A DNA stretch of 64,000 bases from Squalus acanthias (Eukaryota), in NCBI GenBank assembly GCA_030390025.1, contig CM059432.1, forward strand, positions 86,988,001 to 87,052,000, read 5' to 3'. Positions 1 through 13,672 of this stretch are shown one piece after another (the first letter of the stretch is position 1; every line of letters begins with the position of its first letter). The position numbers and the translations under genes are program-made. The notes beneath the pieces are model-generated. The model saw only the letters and a program-made list of their open reading frames with translations, made no database searches and was not told the DNA's origin.

Positions 1-1080
1 GAAGGTGTCATCGACAGTGCTATAAAGCGGCACTTACCAATAACTTGCTCAGTTTGGGTTCTGCCAAGACCACTCAGCTGCCGACCTCATTACAGCCTTG
101 GTCCAAACATGGACAAAGAAGCTGAATTCCAGAGGTGAGAGTGACTGCCCTTGACATCAACGCAGCATTTGACCGAGTGTGGTATCAAGGAGCCCTAGTA
201 AAACTGAAGTCAGTGGGAATTGGGGTAAAACTCTCCACTGGCTGGAATCATACCTAGCACAAAGGAAGATAGTTGTGGTGATTAACCTTCAATCATCACA
301 GCCCCAGGACATCGCTGCAGGAGTTCCTCAGGGCAGTGTCCTAGGCCCAACCATCTTCAGCTGCTTCATCAATGACCTTCCCTCCAACATAAGGTCAGAA
401 ATGGAGATGTTCGCTGATGACTGCACAGTGTTCAGTGCCATTCACAACTCCTCAGATAATGAAGCAGTCCATGCCTGCATGCAACAAGACCTGGACGACG
501 TTCAGGCTTGGGCTGATAAGTGGCAGGTAACATTCGCACCACAGAAGTGCCAGGCAATGACTATCTCCAACAAGCGAGAGTCTAACCACCGCCCCTTGAC
601 ATTCAATGGCATTACCATCACCGAATCCCCCACCATCAACATTCTGGGGGGTCACCATTGACCAGAAAATTAACTGGACCAGCCACATAAATACTGTGGC
701 AACAAGAGCAGATCAGAGGCTAGGTATTCTGCGGCGAGTGTCTCACCTGACTCCCCAAAGCCTTTCTATCATCTACAAGGCACAAGTAAGGAGTGTGATG
801 GAATACTCTCCACTTGTCTGGATGAGTGCAGCTCCAACAACACTCAAGAAGCTCGACACCATCCAGGACAAAGCAGTCCGCTTGATTGGCACCCCCTCTA
901 CCAACTTAAACATCCACTCCCTCCACCACCAGCGTACCGTGGCTACAGTGTGTACCATCTACAAGATGCACTGCAGCAACTCGCCAAGGTTTCTTTGGCA
1001 GCACCTACCAAACCCGCGACCTCTTCCACCTAAAAGGACAAGGGCAGCAAGCGCATGGGAACACCACCACCTCCAAGTTC
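1..1080 (+). mobile_element. LINE fragment (CR1 clade, Zenon-like), C-terminal half of reverse transcriptase, frameshifted, 3' end missing
   Basis: ORFs 179-661 and 606-1112 carry [14 protein letters not shown] and YKAQVRSVMEY motifs. The same family recurs at 40490-45570 and 53210-53582. Confidence 0.85.
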
Positions 1081-4000
1081 CTTTCTATCTACCCTATCTA
1101 TGCCCCTCATAATTTTGTACACCTCAATCAGGTCCCCCCTCAGTCTTCTCTGCTCTAAGGAAAACAACCCCAGCCTGTCCAGTCTCTCTTCATGGCTGAA
1201 GCGCTCCAGCCCAGGTAACATCCTGGTGAATCTCCTCTGCACCCTCTCCAATGCAATCACATCCTTCCTATAGTGTGGCGACCAGAACTGCACACAGTAT
1301 TCCAGCTGTGGCCTAACTAGCGTTTTGTACAGCTCCATCATAACCTCCCTGCTCTTATAGTCTATGCCTCGGCTAATGAAGGCAAGTATCCCATATGCCT
1401 TTTTAACCACCTTATCTACCTGTCCTGCTGCCTTCAGGGATCTATGAACATGCACACCAAGGTCCCTCTGATCCTCTGTCCTTCCTAGGATCCTAGCATT
1501 CATTGTGTATTCCCTTGCCTTGTTAGTCCTCCCAAAATGCATCACCTCACACTTTTCAGGGTTAAATTCCATTTGCCACTGTTCTGCCCATCTAACCATC
1601 CCGTCTATATCGTCCTGTAGCCTGAGGCTTCCCTCCTCGCTATTTACCACTCCACCAATTTTCGTGTCATCTTCGAACTTACTGATCATACATCCTACAT
1701 TCATATCTAAATCATTAATGTACACTACAAACAGCAAAGGACCCAGCACCGATCCCTGCGGTACACCACTGGACACAAGCTTCCAGTCACAAAAACAACC
1801 TTCGACCATCACCCTCTGCCTCCAGCCACTAAGCCAATTTTGGATCCAATGTGCCAAATTGCCCTGGATCCCATGGGCTCTTACCTTCTTGACCAGTCTC
1901 CCATGTGGGACTTTGTCAAAAGCCTTACTGAAGTCCATGTAGACTACATCAACTGCACTACCCTCATCCACACACCTAGTCACCCCCTCAAAAAATTCAA
2001 TCAAATTGGTTAGACATGATCTCCCCCTGACAAAGCTATGCTGACTATCCCTGATTAATCCCTGCCTCTCCAAGTAGAGACTAATTCTGTCCCTCAGAAT
2101 TTTTTCCAATAATTTCCCTACCACTGATGTTAAGCTCACTGGCCTGTAATTCCCTGGTTTATCCCTACTACCCTTCTTGAACAATGGTACTACGTTAGCT
2201 GTTCTTCAGTCCTCTGGCACCTTCCCTGTGGCCAGAGAGGTTCTGAAAATTTGTGCCAGAGCCCCTGCAATCTCCTCCCTTGCGTCACACAACAGCCTGG
2301 GATACATCCCGTCAGGGCCTGGGGATTTATCCACTTTTAAGCCCGCTAAAGCTGCTAGTACCTCCTCCCTCTCAATACTAATTTGTTCAAGTATATCACA
2401 GTCCCCCTGCCTGATTTCTATGCCTACATCACCCTTCTCCATAGTGAACACAGATACAAAGTATTCATTTAAAACCTCACCTACATCTTCCGGCTCTACA
2501 CACAGATTGCCACTTTGGTCCCTAATGGGCCCTACTCTTTCCCTGGTTATCCTCTTGCCCTTAATATACTTATAAAACACCGTGGGATTTTCCTTTATTT
2601 TGCCCGCCAGTGTTTTTTCATGCCCCCTCTTCGCTCTCCTAATTTCTTTTTTAAGTACCCCCCTGCACTTTCTATACTCCTCTAGGGCTTCCACTATTTT
2701 TAGTCCTTTGTATCTGCAAAAAAAGCCTCCCTTTTTTTCCTAATCCATTCTTGTATATCCCTTGACATCCAGGGTTCCCTGGGCTTGTTGGTCCCACCCT
2801 TGACCTTTATGGGAACATGTTGACGTTGTACTCTATTTCCTTTCTGAAAGACTCCCATTGCGCTGATGTGGATTTTCATATAAGTAGCTGATCCCAGTCT
2901 ATTTTGGCCAGATCCTGCCTTATCATATTAAAATCAGCCTTCCCCCAATTTAGAACCTTTGGGCTGGATTTTCATTGACCCTTGGAGGCGTGTGGGGGGT
3001 TAAAATTGCGAAAACTGGCGGGCGGGCACAAGTCCGCCTCCATCCCGCCTCCATGCAATTTTCATTAAATCGTGTCTGCTGGTCCCAACTCCGTCCCGCC
3101 TTTAAGAGATGGGATAGGCTGTTAAGGCCCTTAACAAGCACTAAATTGGCTCTATAATGCCATTTTGAAAGGCCTTTGTGATTTTAACCCTTGATCTACA
3201 TGAAGCACGTCTGTTCTGAAACACGATTGTGAAACCTGGCGGGAGCACATTTGGATAGCTGACTATCAGCTACAGGTCCACTATTGCAACGGAGATGTGA
3301 TGAAGGTAGTAGTAGTATTAGGTCTGAAAATCGCCTCTGATGCTGCTGCATTGAAGGTCTTCACAGACTGCCTGGCCTTTGCTCTGAGAGGATCTGGATG
3401 CAAAAAAAATTTTCTCTCTCTCTCTCTCTCCCCCTTAGAGCTGCTGCTCATTTTGCATCCAGGTCCTCTCACAGCAAAAGCCAGGCAGTCTCTGATCTGC
3501 AATGCAGCAACAATGATGATATCATCAGAGGTGACTTTCATACTGAAACCACTAATTGGTTCATGGGTTCCCACATGCTGGAACTCAATTGCCCAATTAA
3601 GTGACAATTGCATCAATCTCCCACATCCAAATGCAGTCGGGTGGATAACACGAAATGCGGATGACACGACCCCAACCCGCCCCAGTATCAAAATCTAGCC
3701 CTTTATTTCCGGTTCATCTTTGTTCTTTTCCATAACTACCTTAAATCTCACCGAATTATGGTCACTGTCACCAAAATGCTCTCCTACTGACACATCTACC
3801 ACTTGCCTGGCTACATTCCCTAGAATTAGGTCCAGTACCGCCCCCTCTCTTGTAGGACTTTCTACATGCTGGCTCAAAAAGCTCTCCTGGATGCACTTTA
3901 AGAATTCTGCACCCTCTAAGCCTTTCACACTCTGACTATCCCAGTTAATATTGGCGAAGTTGATATCCCCTACTATTATTACCCTATTATTTCTACACTT

Positions 4001-5490
4001 CTCTGAGATTTGCCTACATATCTGTTCCTCTATCTCCCCCTGACTGTTTGGGGGCCTATAGTACACTCCCAGCAAAGTGCTTGCCCCCTTTTTGTTTTTA
4101 AGTTCTACCCATATGGCCTCATTAGAGGAACCTGCTAAGCTATCATCCCTCCTTACTGCAGTAATTGACTCCTTGATTAATATTGCGACACCCCCTCCTC
4201 TTTTACACCCCCCTCTGTCTCGCCTGAAGATTCTATACCCCGGAATATTGAGCTGCCAGTCCTGCCCCTCCCTCAACCATGTCTCTGTGATAGCAACAAT
4301 ATCATACTCCCATGTGTTCATCAACACCTTCAATTCATCTGCCTTACTCGCAAGACTCCTTGCATTAAAATAAATGCCATCCAGCCTTGCCATACTCCCT
4401 TGTGCCATTACATATTTGCTCTGCCTTCCAGGCTGACTTGTTTCTTCCTCTATATTTGGCTGTGCATCAACCCCTACTATAGTTCCACTCCGTATCCCAT
4501 CCCCCTGCCAAGTTATTTCAAACCCCCCCCAACAGTGCTAGCAAACCTCCCCGCAAGGATGTTGGTCCCGTTCCGGTTCAGGTGCAACCTGTCCGACTTG
4601 TACAGGTCCTACCTTCCCCAGAAGCAGACCCAGTGATCCAGGAAACTAAAGCCCTTCCTCCTGCACCAACTCTTTAGCCACGCATTCATCTGCTCTATCC
4701 TCTTATTCCTATACTCATTAGCACGTGGCACCGGGAGTAATCCAGAGATTACAACCTTTGAGGTCCTGCTTTTTAATCTGCTACCTTGCTCCCTAAATTC
4801 TTGATGCAGGACCTCATCCCTCTTTCTACCCATGTTGTTGGTACCAATGTGAACCATGACCTCTAACTATTCGCCCTCCCCCTTCAGAATGCCCTGCAGC
4901 CATTCAGTGACATCTTTGACCCTGGCACCAGGGAGGCAACATACCATCCTGGAGTCACGTCTGCGGCCACAGAAACGCCTATCTGTTCCCCTTACGATAG
5001 AATCCCCTATCACTATTGCTCTCCCACTCTTTTTCCTCCCCTCCTGTGCAGCTGAGCCACTCGTAGTGCCACGGACTTGGCTCTTGCTGCATTTCCCTGA
5101 GAAACCATCTTCCCCATCAGTATCCAAAACGGAAAATCTGTTGGAGAGGGAGATGGACCCAGGGGACTCCTGCACTACGTTCCTAGTTCTTTTACTCTGT
5201 CTGGCGGTCACCCATTCCCTGTCTGCCTGTGCACTCTTTACCTGCGGTGTGACCACCTTGTTAAACGTGCTATCCACGAAGATCTCAGCTTAGCGGATGC
5301 TCCACAGTGACTCCAGCCGCAGCTCCAGCTCCGAAACGCGGATTTCGAGTAGCTGCAGCTGGAGACACTTCCTGCACATGTGTTCGCCCTGGACACCGAA
5401 AGTATCCCTGACTTCCCACATAGCACAGGAGGAGCACTCCATGCAGCCGAGCTGCCCTGCCACGTCCTACCCTTAATTTAAATTGCATGT
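1074..5490 (-). mobile_element. Near full-length CR1 LINE (ORF1 zinc finger + SGNH esterase; ORF2 APE endonuclease + RT), degenerate, interrupted by a MITE
   Basis: ORF1 esterase motif IVIGDSIVRG (4867-5277); endonuclease AITETWL, GGGVA, YRPP, SDH (3695-4408); RT NYRPVSLTS, QGSVLGP (1030-2694). Confidence 0.95.
2961..3701. mobile_element. Non-autonomous PIF/Harbinger element (MITE), 741 bp
   Basis: TIRs GGGCTGGATTTT / AAAATCTAGCCC; 3-bp TSD TTT. Removing it restores CR1 ORF2 (EPEIKVLNWGKADF). Confidence 0.92.
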
Positions 5491-6019
5491 GGAGGTCCGC
5501 ACTGGGAGTGCAAATTCATAAAATTACTCAGTAATGTGTTGAAAGAATCTGTGTATTTCTTTTGATAGCACCAGCATTCTTCTCTCTCAATGCTTTATCA
5601 CTTTTTTATTAGCTTCTCTCGGATGTCTTTACTTATTTTATTACTGTTGCTCCCTGATCTTTAAATGTATTAAAGCTTCAACAAAATGATTTGGCCACAA
5701 ATCTATTAGGTGTGATTAAATACTGCAATGCTTTCTGCTCAAATGATGAAGAAACCCATCTTGGCTAACTTCACATGGGTTTTCTTTCAGTTTGCAGTTT
5801 ACCTAAATTCTGTCAGCTGTTCTGCCTCCTCAAGTTATTATCTTTACTGGCAAATCAGTGTCAGGTCTGCTCCTCACAGTGGAAGTATTACTAGTGCTCT
5901 GTGTGAAAGAACTGTAAACAAGAGTCAGATGATACTGCTTACCCAAAGATACATTACGGGTATGTTTACTTGCAGAATACATGCACAGCTTACACATTGT
6001 TTAATTTAAAAAATAATCC

Positions 6020-6300
6020 TCTTTCAATTTCTCGCCTATCCTGATGGCACTGACTGTTGCTGGGATACTCATCCTTGGATGCCAGCAGCCCTCCAGCCTC
6101 TTATCCAAGGGGCCATTTTTCATACATGAGAGTAGATAGTATTTACAAACTATTCAACCTCTGAAGACATCACGCTAAGCCCAATCCTGTCCTCATCTGC
6201 TATCTACACGCATGCACTTTCCAGCAGGGGCCACTGGATAACATTCAGCAGTGGCTGACTTTTTATTTCTCTTTCCTTAATCAGAGGCTCAAGACTAATT
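6020..6300 (-). repeat. Degenerate copy of an unclassified SINE-like interspersed repeat
   Basis: Reverse-complement similarity to 55750-56150 (e.g. cacgcatgcactttccagcagggg vs ctgaaaagtgcatgtgtgg); another fragment lies at about 8995-9170. Confidence 0.55.
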
Positions 6301-7759
6301 CTACCAATTTTTCTTTTGAAAATATAAAATGAGTGATTAGGTCTGTTTTAAAACTGCATTAATCTTTTCTGCCAGGAATAATGTTGTGAAGTATACCACT
6401 ACATTGTGCCATATATTGAGCAATCAGCCTTGCTCAGCTATGTAAATTTGTTTTTCACAATGAACACTTGGCACTACTTAGGATCAACCAGTGAACCAAT
6501 ACAATGTTGCTATCAATATCAGTGCTATAATACAAGTCTCAACATATTTAGGATAATATAATACTAATGTGATGCCTTTAGTTACATATTTCCTTTGTAT
6601 TACTTTAACTTATTCTCGCCACCTTGTGACTTTTTTATTTTACAAATATAACTTGAATTTCCACCCTGCTACACAATTCAGAAATGATGCATGTATGTAA
6701 GCTGATTATCTCTACTAAACTGCCTGATTATCTGACTCCATGACCGGACTGGATTTGGTAGAATATCTTTAGAAACAGCTGTACACTTAAACAAATACTC
6801 CAGTATAAGTAATTTTACATCATATTTGAAAAATAAGCCTCCCTATCTCAAAACTAACCACATGGTGGTTAGAATGCCAGTGTTGTGTGTGTGGTCACTA
6901 TATGTACCATTTCTGAGGGACGACACATGAACCTGCCAGAGTAACAGAGTAATTTTACAAATTTATACTGCCAGTGAGGAGCCTCACCTGTCACCATTTG
7001 TAATTTATTTTATGAATTCTCCTGTACCCTGCTAAAAAAAACCTGTAAGAGTCTTCAAATAGACAAAAATCATGGGCAGTGCGCCACTGATTTCCCAACA
7101 TGCACTGTTGGTGGGCTAGACTTCCCACTAGTAGCGTGAACTTGGAAAATCAACCCTTTTCTTCACTAGGCTTATTTTCAAGCATCCTCCCCACTGCTTG
7201 TTGCTTTCAATGAGCAGCAGGGGTGCTGAAAATTCAGTAAATGTCATGTTTTCCCTAAGAGCCTAAAGAATGTAAGAAAGATCGTAAGCCAGGCAGAATT
7301 TTTAAAAAACTGGAAGGTTCACTTCTAGCCTGAAGTGCTCTTGTGCTAAATATGCAAGAGGTTAATTTAAATATGATAACTGTCAGTAGTGGTATGTTAA
7401 TGAGCACGAGCACAATTCCCCGATTTTCTCACCGGGATCCGCTATGAGCTCAGCCCGTCCATATAAAATGAGCTAAGAAGATCAGGCACTTTGTGGGCTT
7501 TCAGCAAGTAACTTCTTAAAAGATGACCCGCTGGATTTTTCACGTCACCATTTTTGATCTTGGACTTTAAACGTTTGAGAGCTGAACTAGTGTTTGCTTT
7601 TTTTTCCCCTTTCCTGCTTTTTTGTTCTTTTTGTTGGATTTTTTCTAGAAAAATATTTGATCGTTACAATAAAAAATCTGGATAAGGGAATTTCTTTGGG
7701 TATTCCTCTTGTGTTTTTGAAGGAGGAGGGATGTGTGGAATGTTTGCTTATACCAGAGG

Positions 7760-8010
7760 TGGACTATCTGCAACAACTCCTAGTGATGCAGCTGTATCCA
7801 CAGAGCCAGATACATCTACCTGGGAATGTCTAAAGAAAACTATCTTTGCAGGCTCTGCTTCACCAGGGATGCAGTGACAGAGTTGTCTTCTCCTGGAATC
7901 TGGCCTGAAGACAACTTCGACAACAACATAGATATGGCCAGTAACAGTTACCACAACCATGAACCTTCTGGCTACAGACTCATTCCAAGCTATCATAAGC
8001 CAATCCCTAG
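7760..8010 (+). pseudogene. Old Harbinger transposase N-terminal remnant
   Basis: MSKENYLCRLCFTRDAVTEL and VTTTMNLLATDSFQ match LSEEQCLRRLCFSKEVVTEL and VMVALNFYASGSFQ of the transposase at 46631. Confidence 0.7.
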
Positions 8011-8547
8011 TGCACAGATGAATTCTGAAGACCATTGGGTCCTCTGACTCTACCTTTTTGTGAATCCCATCCCTTTTACCAACGACTGGCAACAGAACCT
8101 TTAGCGGCTGCGATATTTTGAGAGTTTTGATTTTTTTTGGGGGGAGGGGTTTCGTGGAAAGGGTTTGAGATTGAGTTATGTTTAAGTGTTGTGTTTTAAA
8201 CCAATGATCTGACACTAATTTTAAAAGACAACAGACTTAAATTACTTAGGCAAAAGGGTTGATTTGTTAATGAGCCAGGTATTGAAGATGTGGGTTAAAG
8301 CCAGATGAGCCAATGTGTGGACTGTTGTGGCTCACTTTATTTGAAGCTAAGACAATGAGGGATAATTGTCTGATCCCACTCCCATTAAGTCACAATGGCC
8401 CCTTTGAAGATAGCAGGAAATATTTTCTTTAAAACCACACACCAAAGACTGGAGGAAAAGAGGCCAGTTTTATTGGCGGGCCTACTGGTGAATCACTGGG
8501 GAAGAAGTCTGAGGGACTGCCCTTCCAACGGCTGGGAACACAGAACC

Positions 8548-8930
8548 CTTGTTTTCATCTACAAGTCCCTCCATGGCCATGCCTCTCCCTACCTTTGCGG
8601 CCTTCCTTAGGCCTATGTTCCAGCATATGCCCTCTACTCTTCTGACTCTGGCTTCCTTTGGTTCCTACCCCCCCTCACCACAATCTGCTTCACCCTCATT
8701 AGAGTCCCTTCCGCCATCTCAGCCCCACATTCTGAAATTATCTTCCTAAACCACTCCTTGTACTACCTCTATCCCCTGCTTTAAAAGTGTCCATAAAAAT
8801 TACCTTTTTTGATCTTGCTTTCAGTTACCTCTCCTAACCCATCTCCCTCCACTGCTCAGTATGTAGTTATTTTTTTACCTCTGTAAATGTTGTATTACCT
8901 TAAAGGTGCTTTACCATTGCAGTTGTTGTG
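8548..8930 (+). mobile_element. L2-type LINE 3' fragment, old
   Basis: LVFIYKSLHGHASPYL resembles the L2 ORF2 C-terminus; ends in a taaaggtgct...gttgttgt tail. Confidence 0.6.
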
Positions 8931-10436
8931 CCACAGTTAATGCACTCTCACTCGTAGCTCACCTAACTAGCTTTTTGAGCTTTGACCATGCTTGTTAGTA
9001 GACTATTGGATTGCAGAACCATCATAGCGAACCCTGAATCTCTCTACACGTGCATTTCCAGCAGGTGTCCCTGGATATTGGGGTGAAGCTCGTCCCTCTT
9101 ATGCAATGCTTAAACGATGCACTATTGTAGCAGATGAGCTAACAAGTTCGCAGCAGTAGACCTGGAAAGAGACCAGGTTTTAGAAATGTTTTCCTGTTTT
9201 TACCTCATTAAGTACATGATTTTCTCAGGTAACTTTGTGCCTTAAATGGTTTTTTTATTGGCCAGTGAAGAGAGGCAAGAAAAAAGAAATGGTTTAAAAC
9301 AAGAAGAATAGGAACTGCGAGATGAAAAAAGATCAAAGTCCATCTAGATTGCCTTCTACCATCCTGGTAGCTGCATGATACAATGATAATGGAGTCATTG
9401 ACTATTCATAGCAATCAATCTTCTTGTATCATCTTTTGTCCAGGTTAATTCACATTGAGACAGATGCTTGTTTATGTTGAGTAAACACTCCTGTTCTATA
9501 CAAACTCTGAAGAGTGCAGATCAGCAGTGCCACTGAACTGTGTACCCGCAGCATCACCAAGGGCACAGAGTCAATATTTGATAACTAACAATTAGTGATA
9601 GCTGAATAATAGGCCATTTACAAATGTGAACTTGCTTCCTTTACTGTGCTTGTAGTCACTTAACAGTTAAGAGTACTGTAAATGTTTTTTCTTCTCATTT
9701 AGCACTTAACGTGGTCCATGTTGACCCCTTTTCCAGTTTAGACAGCCTAGTGTCAGTGAATTTGCTGGGAATCTAGGAATTCACTCTGCCATGTGTAACG
9801 CATTGTACAGTTTCTCTCTAGTCTCTTGTGGTTTTTCAGTTGACAGTTGGGAGAAAGTCCACTGAATTACCTGATGTTGAGAGCGCACAGAATGCAAATG
9901 CTGCACTGCTGTGTGGGACTGGAATGCTACAGTCGGAAGTTCTCCTACTTAAAAAATATACATGTATCATTATTGTCATCCTTCACCTTAATGAGTGAAC
10001 ACGCATACTCAGTTGGCTCAGAATGCCTCAAAAAATTTAAGAGTGAGACACATCTTTAATGTTCTGTAAGTAACAGCCAAGGAAATACTGTCGTGCTGGT
10101 CTCTGGCTGCTGCTTAGAAACCATCTGAATAACTGAACCTGCTGATTTTAAACTGACTGATGAGTCAGGTATTATTCACGAACTTTTGTACTGTTGGGGG
10201 AAAAATCTTTAATTGTTATTATGTAGATGACAGTCACTCTCGCCTATTTCAGCCTGTGTAACGCAGTCAAAGAGTCATAGAGTCATAACGGCACAGAAGG
10301 AGGCCATTCGGGCCATCGAGTCTGTGCCGGCTCTCTGCAGAGCGATCCAGTCAGTCCCATTCCCCCGCTCTATCCCTGTAGCCCTGCAAGTTTATTTCCC
10401 TCAAGTGCCTTTCCAGTCTCCCCTTGAAAACATTGA

Positions 10437-13400
10437 GGGCTGGATTTTGTCAGTGTGGGCGGGCTGGGGCGTGTCAGGTGGAAATCGTGTCAGGACCCCG
10501 ACTCCTAAGTGATGTGTTAAAAAAGTGGGATTTTCCCCTAATTGGGCAATTGATTTCCTGCGTGTGGGAACCCCTGGCCCAATGAGTCTTTTCATACAGA
10601 AAGTCGCCTCCGATGACGTCATCAATACTGCTGGATTTAAGGCCTGCAAGCAGCCTTGCTTCTTCTGGAGACTGCAAAGGCTCTGCAATTTATATGAAGG
10701 AGTTGAATTGTGGAAAATGTCAACGATCAAGCAAATGTGTGCCCCTCGGTTTGATGAGCCCTCCCTCCAAGCTCTGGTGTACGGAGCCAGCTGTAATAAG
10801 GAGGTGCTGTTCCCTTCCTCAGGGAGAAAAAAGCCACCCCCAGTAGACAAAAGCTGTGTGGCTATAAGTGGCCCAGGAGGTCAACTCCATATCGATGAGC
10901 TGCAGAACCTGGCTGCAATGCAGGAAGAGGTTTCATGACCTTCTTCGCACAGGAAAAGTGAGTATGACTTTCCCATCACCCTCAATCTGATCCCCATCGC
11001 CTCTCCTCACCAGCGCTCTGCTTTGCCAACCTCTTCCTCCACATGCCACTTGATACTTACATCCCTGCACCCTTACCCATTCCCTCTCTCTCTATGGTCA
11101 CATTCACTTAACTATTCGACCATGCAGCCCTCACACTTCCTATCACTGTGATGCCATGACAACAACAACTTACAACACACAGGGAGGGTCCTTTGTATCC
11201 TTCTAAGCATCTATGCTACGCATTCACTGCACTCACTCCTTCATTCTCACTCAAACTCCACTTGTGTCCCTCATTGCAGGAAAAGAGAGCCCACAATAAG
11301 AGGGAAAGAGCCATGACAGGAGGAGGGCCACCCTCAGTAGCCCAGCTCACTCCCTGGGAGGAGGCAGCCCTGGAAATTGCTGGGATCGAGGAGGATACCC
11401 AAGTGGGGGACGGACAGATGGGCGCATCACAGCAAGCTGGTGACAGAATAGTTTGGAATCTCTCTCATTGACAGAGCATGAGTCACTGATAATGATTCTG
11501 GTGCTCTAACAGATTGACTTATGATCATCTGCAATATTCATTGTGCATGTAACCTTGGCCTCACATCTCTAACTCTTTCCTTTACTCCCCCACAGGACCA
11601 TCGAAAGCCCCCGTCCCCACTATCCGGGAGGAACAGCCTGAGCCTCCAGACTCCTCAGAGGAAGCTGCAATCTCTGAGGGCGCAGCGACAGCAGAATTCA
11701 ACGCACCAGCACCAGCGCAGACACTCACACCTCGGTGATACCTTCGCGTGATAGAGTAGTGTTGGCACCTGGTGTATTACAGCCCACAAGTGAGCATCAG
11801 CAGATGGTGGAGACAAGGACAGTAGTGGAGAGTCCTCGTCAGAGGGCGCAGGACTCTGCCAGCTCAGCTCCGCTGCATGTCGGCCCTGTGCCTCCGGGTC
11901 CATCCAGAAGGAGAGCAGTGCTGGAACTCCAGGAACAGGTGCAGGAGTCTCTGGCAGGTTTTGTCTCCAGGGTCGCTGCGAGTGTGGAGCGAATGGAGGA
12001 GTCCATCGCGAACATGAGCAGAGCCTTTGTGGAGGCATTGGCGCATCAACGCATCACCGCGGAAAGGATGGCAACCTCCGTGGTAAGGCTGGCTACGGTA
12101 GAGGAGAGAATGGCTATGTCCATGGAGGAGCATAGTCGCCAGGGTATGGAAAACATAGTCATTGTTCAGAATAGACATCTCTTGAGGAGCGATGGTCAGC
12201 TATTGAGCATAGAAACCAGACCTTCATGCAAGTCCTCTGGAGTAGGACTTCCAGTGCAGAAACGGGTCCTCATGGCCCCCCTGCAGTGCAGCAAGTTGCT
12301 GTCAAGCCACTTGCTAGCTCTGAAGTGGGGCTGACCCATGAGTGGGATGTTGGTGGCAGACAACAAGGAAGTGGGGGCTCCTCTCCAAGCGCTCACGTGA
12401 CCATGCCACAGCAAAGCCCTCAGTCAGAGCCCCACTAGAGTCCTCACCCAACTGAGATGGGAGTCTCAGCCCCTGCACAGCCGCAGGAGCAGCAGACTGT
12501 TGCCGAGCCCGCACAGGTTCGCCACCCCAGAGGACGCCCGCCAAAGGTGTCGAGACAGGAGCAGCAAGAGAGTGAGCAAGGGGCCTCCACATCTGCTGAA
12601 GCCACAGGGGAAGCACCACGTTGGAGCACGCGTAAGAGGAAGATAAAGCACAAGTAGTCACAAGGGTAGTCACTTGGGTGCTGTGTAGTTTTGTTTTTGG
12701 ACCAGCCATCATTGTGATTGTATTATAACGTGTTTTGATGGCAAACTGTTGAAGTTGTGGCCTGTGTCATTTCGCAAATGGGACTTTTACATTGAGGGCG
12801 TAGGATGCCTTGCGATTGTCAGAATGGTGGTCAGAGTGATAGGATTCCGCAGGTTCTTGTTCATTGTCGATGCTCTGGTAAGAAGGAGCGAGACTAAAGT
12901 GTTTGATTGTGCAGGCTAAGTAAATCTGGCCAGGATGAGTGCGTCCCTTGCATCCCGGGCAGCAATGTTGTCGCGTGCTGGTGCCTTCTGGCCTGTGAAT
13001 CTTCAGGTGGGTGACTAGCAGCTTGGCGCTCCTGTTGATGCTCCTGCTGTTGGTGCTGCTGTTGCTCATGGTTCTGCTGCTGCCGCGGCTGGTCTTCGTC
13101 CGAATCTGATGTCTAGGAGGAAAGGAATTAAATGGTCGCCATGCTTCTGGTATATGCCTCAGTTGAGGAAGCGCTCAGTCAAGGTGGGGAGAGGGGTTCC
13201 CCAGGAGGTCACACTGGAGATGGGTGTCAGGCTCCAAACTTCCACAGCAATGAGTAGGCATGCTAAAAGTTCCCCCAGACCTGAAACAACAAAGTTCTGC
13301 CACCTGCAAATGATCATTGGTGAAAATTCCTTTGTAATGGTGGAGCTGCAGCTGTTAGTAAGCAATCCACTTGTGAGGCCACCAGGATTACCTGGCGTGT

Positions 13401-13672
13401 TCCAGAGGAGGCGTGTAGGATGGGAGGAATGTGTAAAAATCAGAAAGGCCTCTCAAAATGGGATTATAGAGGCAATTAAGTGGTTGTTAAGGACCTTAAG
13501 GGCCTATCCCGCCTCTTGGAGGCGGGATGGAAAGGGGGTCAGAAAACACGCATTTGGGAAAATTGCTCGGAGGTGGGATGGAGGCGGGATCGGGCCCGCC
13601 CGCCATTTTTGGCGATTTTAACAACTCACATGCCTCCAAACCCATCTCCTCAGGGCTGGTAAAATCCAGCCC
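10437..13672 (+). mobile_element. Harbinger derivative carrying the Myb/SANT gene, transposase core deleted (3236 bp)
   Basis: Perfect 12-bp TIRs GGGCTGGATTTT / AAAATCCAGCCC; TSD TGA. Confidence 0.95.
10717..12657 (+). pseudogene. Harbinger Myb/SANT-like DNA-binding protein, 3 exons (10717-10957, 11280-11439, 11596-12657), frameshifted
   Basis: PRFDEPSL...EVLFP...TWLQCRKRFHDL followed by gtgagt; cag|EKRAHNKRE..TGGG; C-terminal basic RKRKIKHK*; GT-AG introns. Confidence 0.88.

Noticed and set aside
1055..2575. Plus-strand ORFs of 70-200 aa overlapping CR1s (also at 15760, 18208, 29588)
   Set aside because: They are antisense shadows of LINE ORFs with no independent motifs.
7748..8215. 155-aa minus-strand ORF as a host gene
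   Set aside because: It is antisense to a decayed Harbinger transposase fragment and has no recognisable domain.
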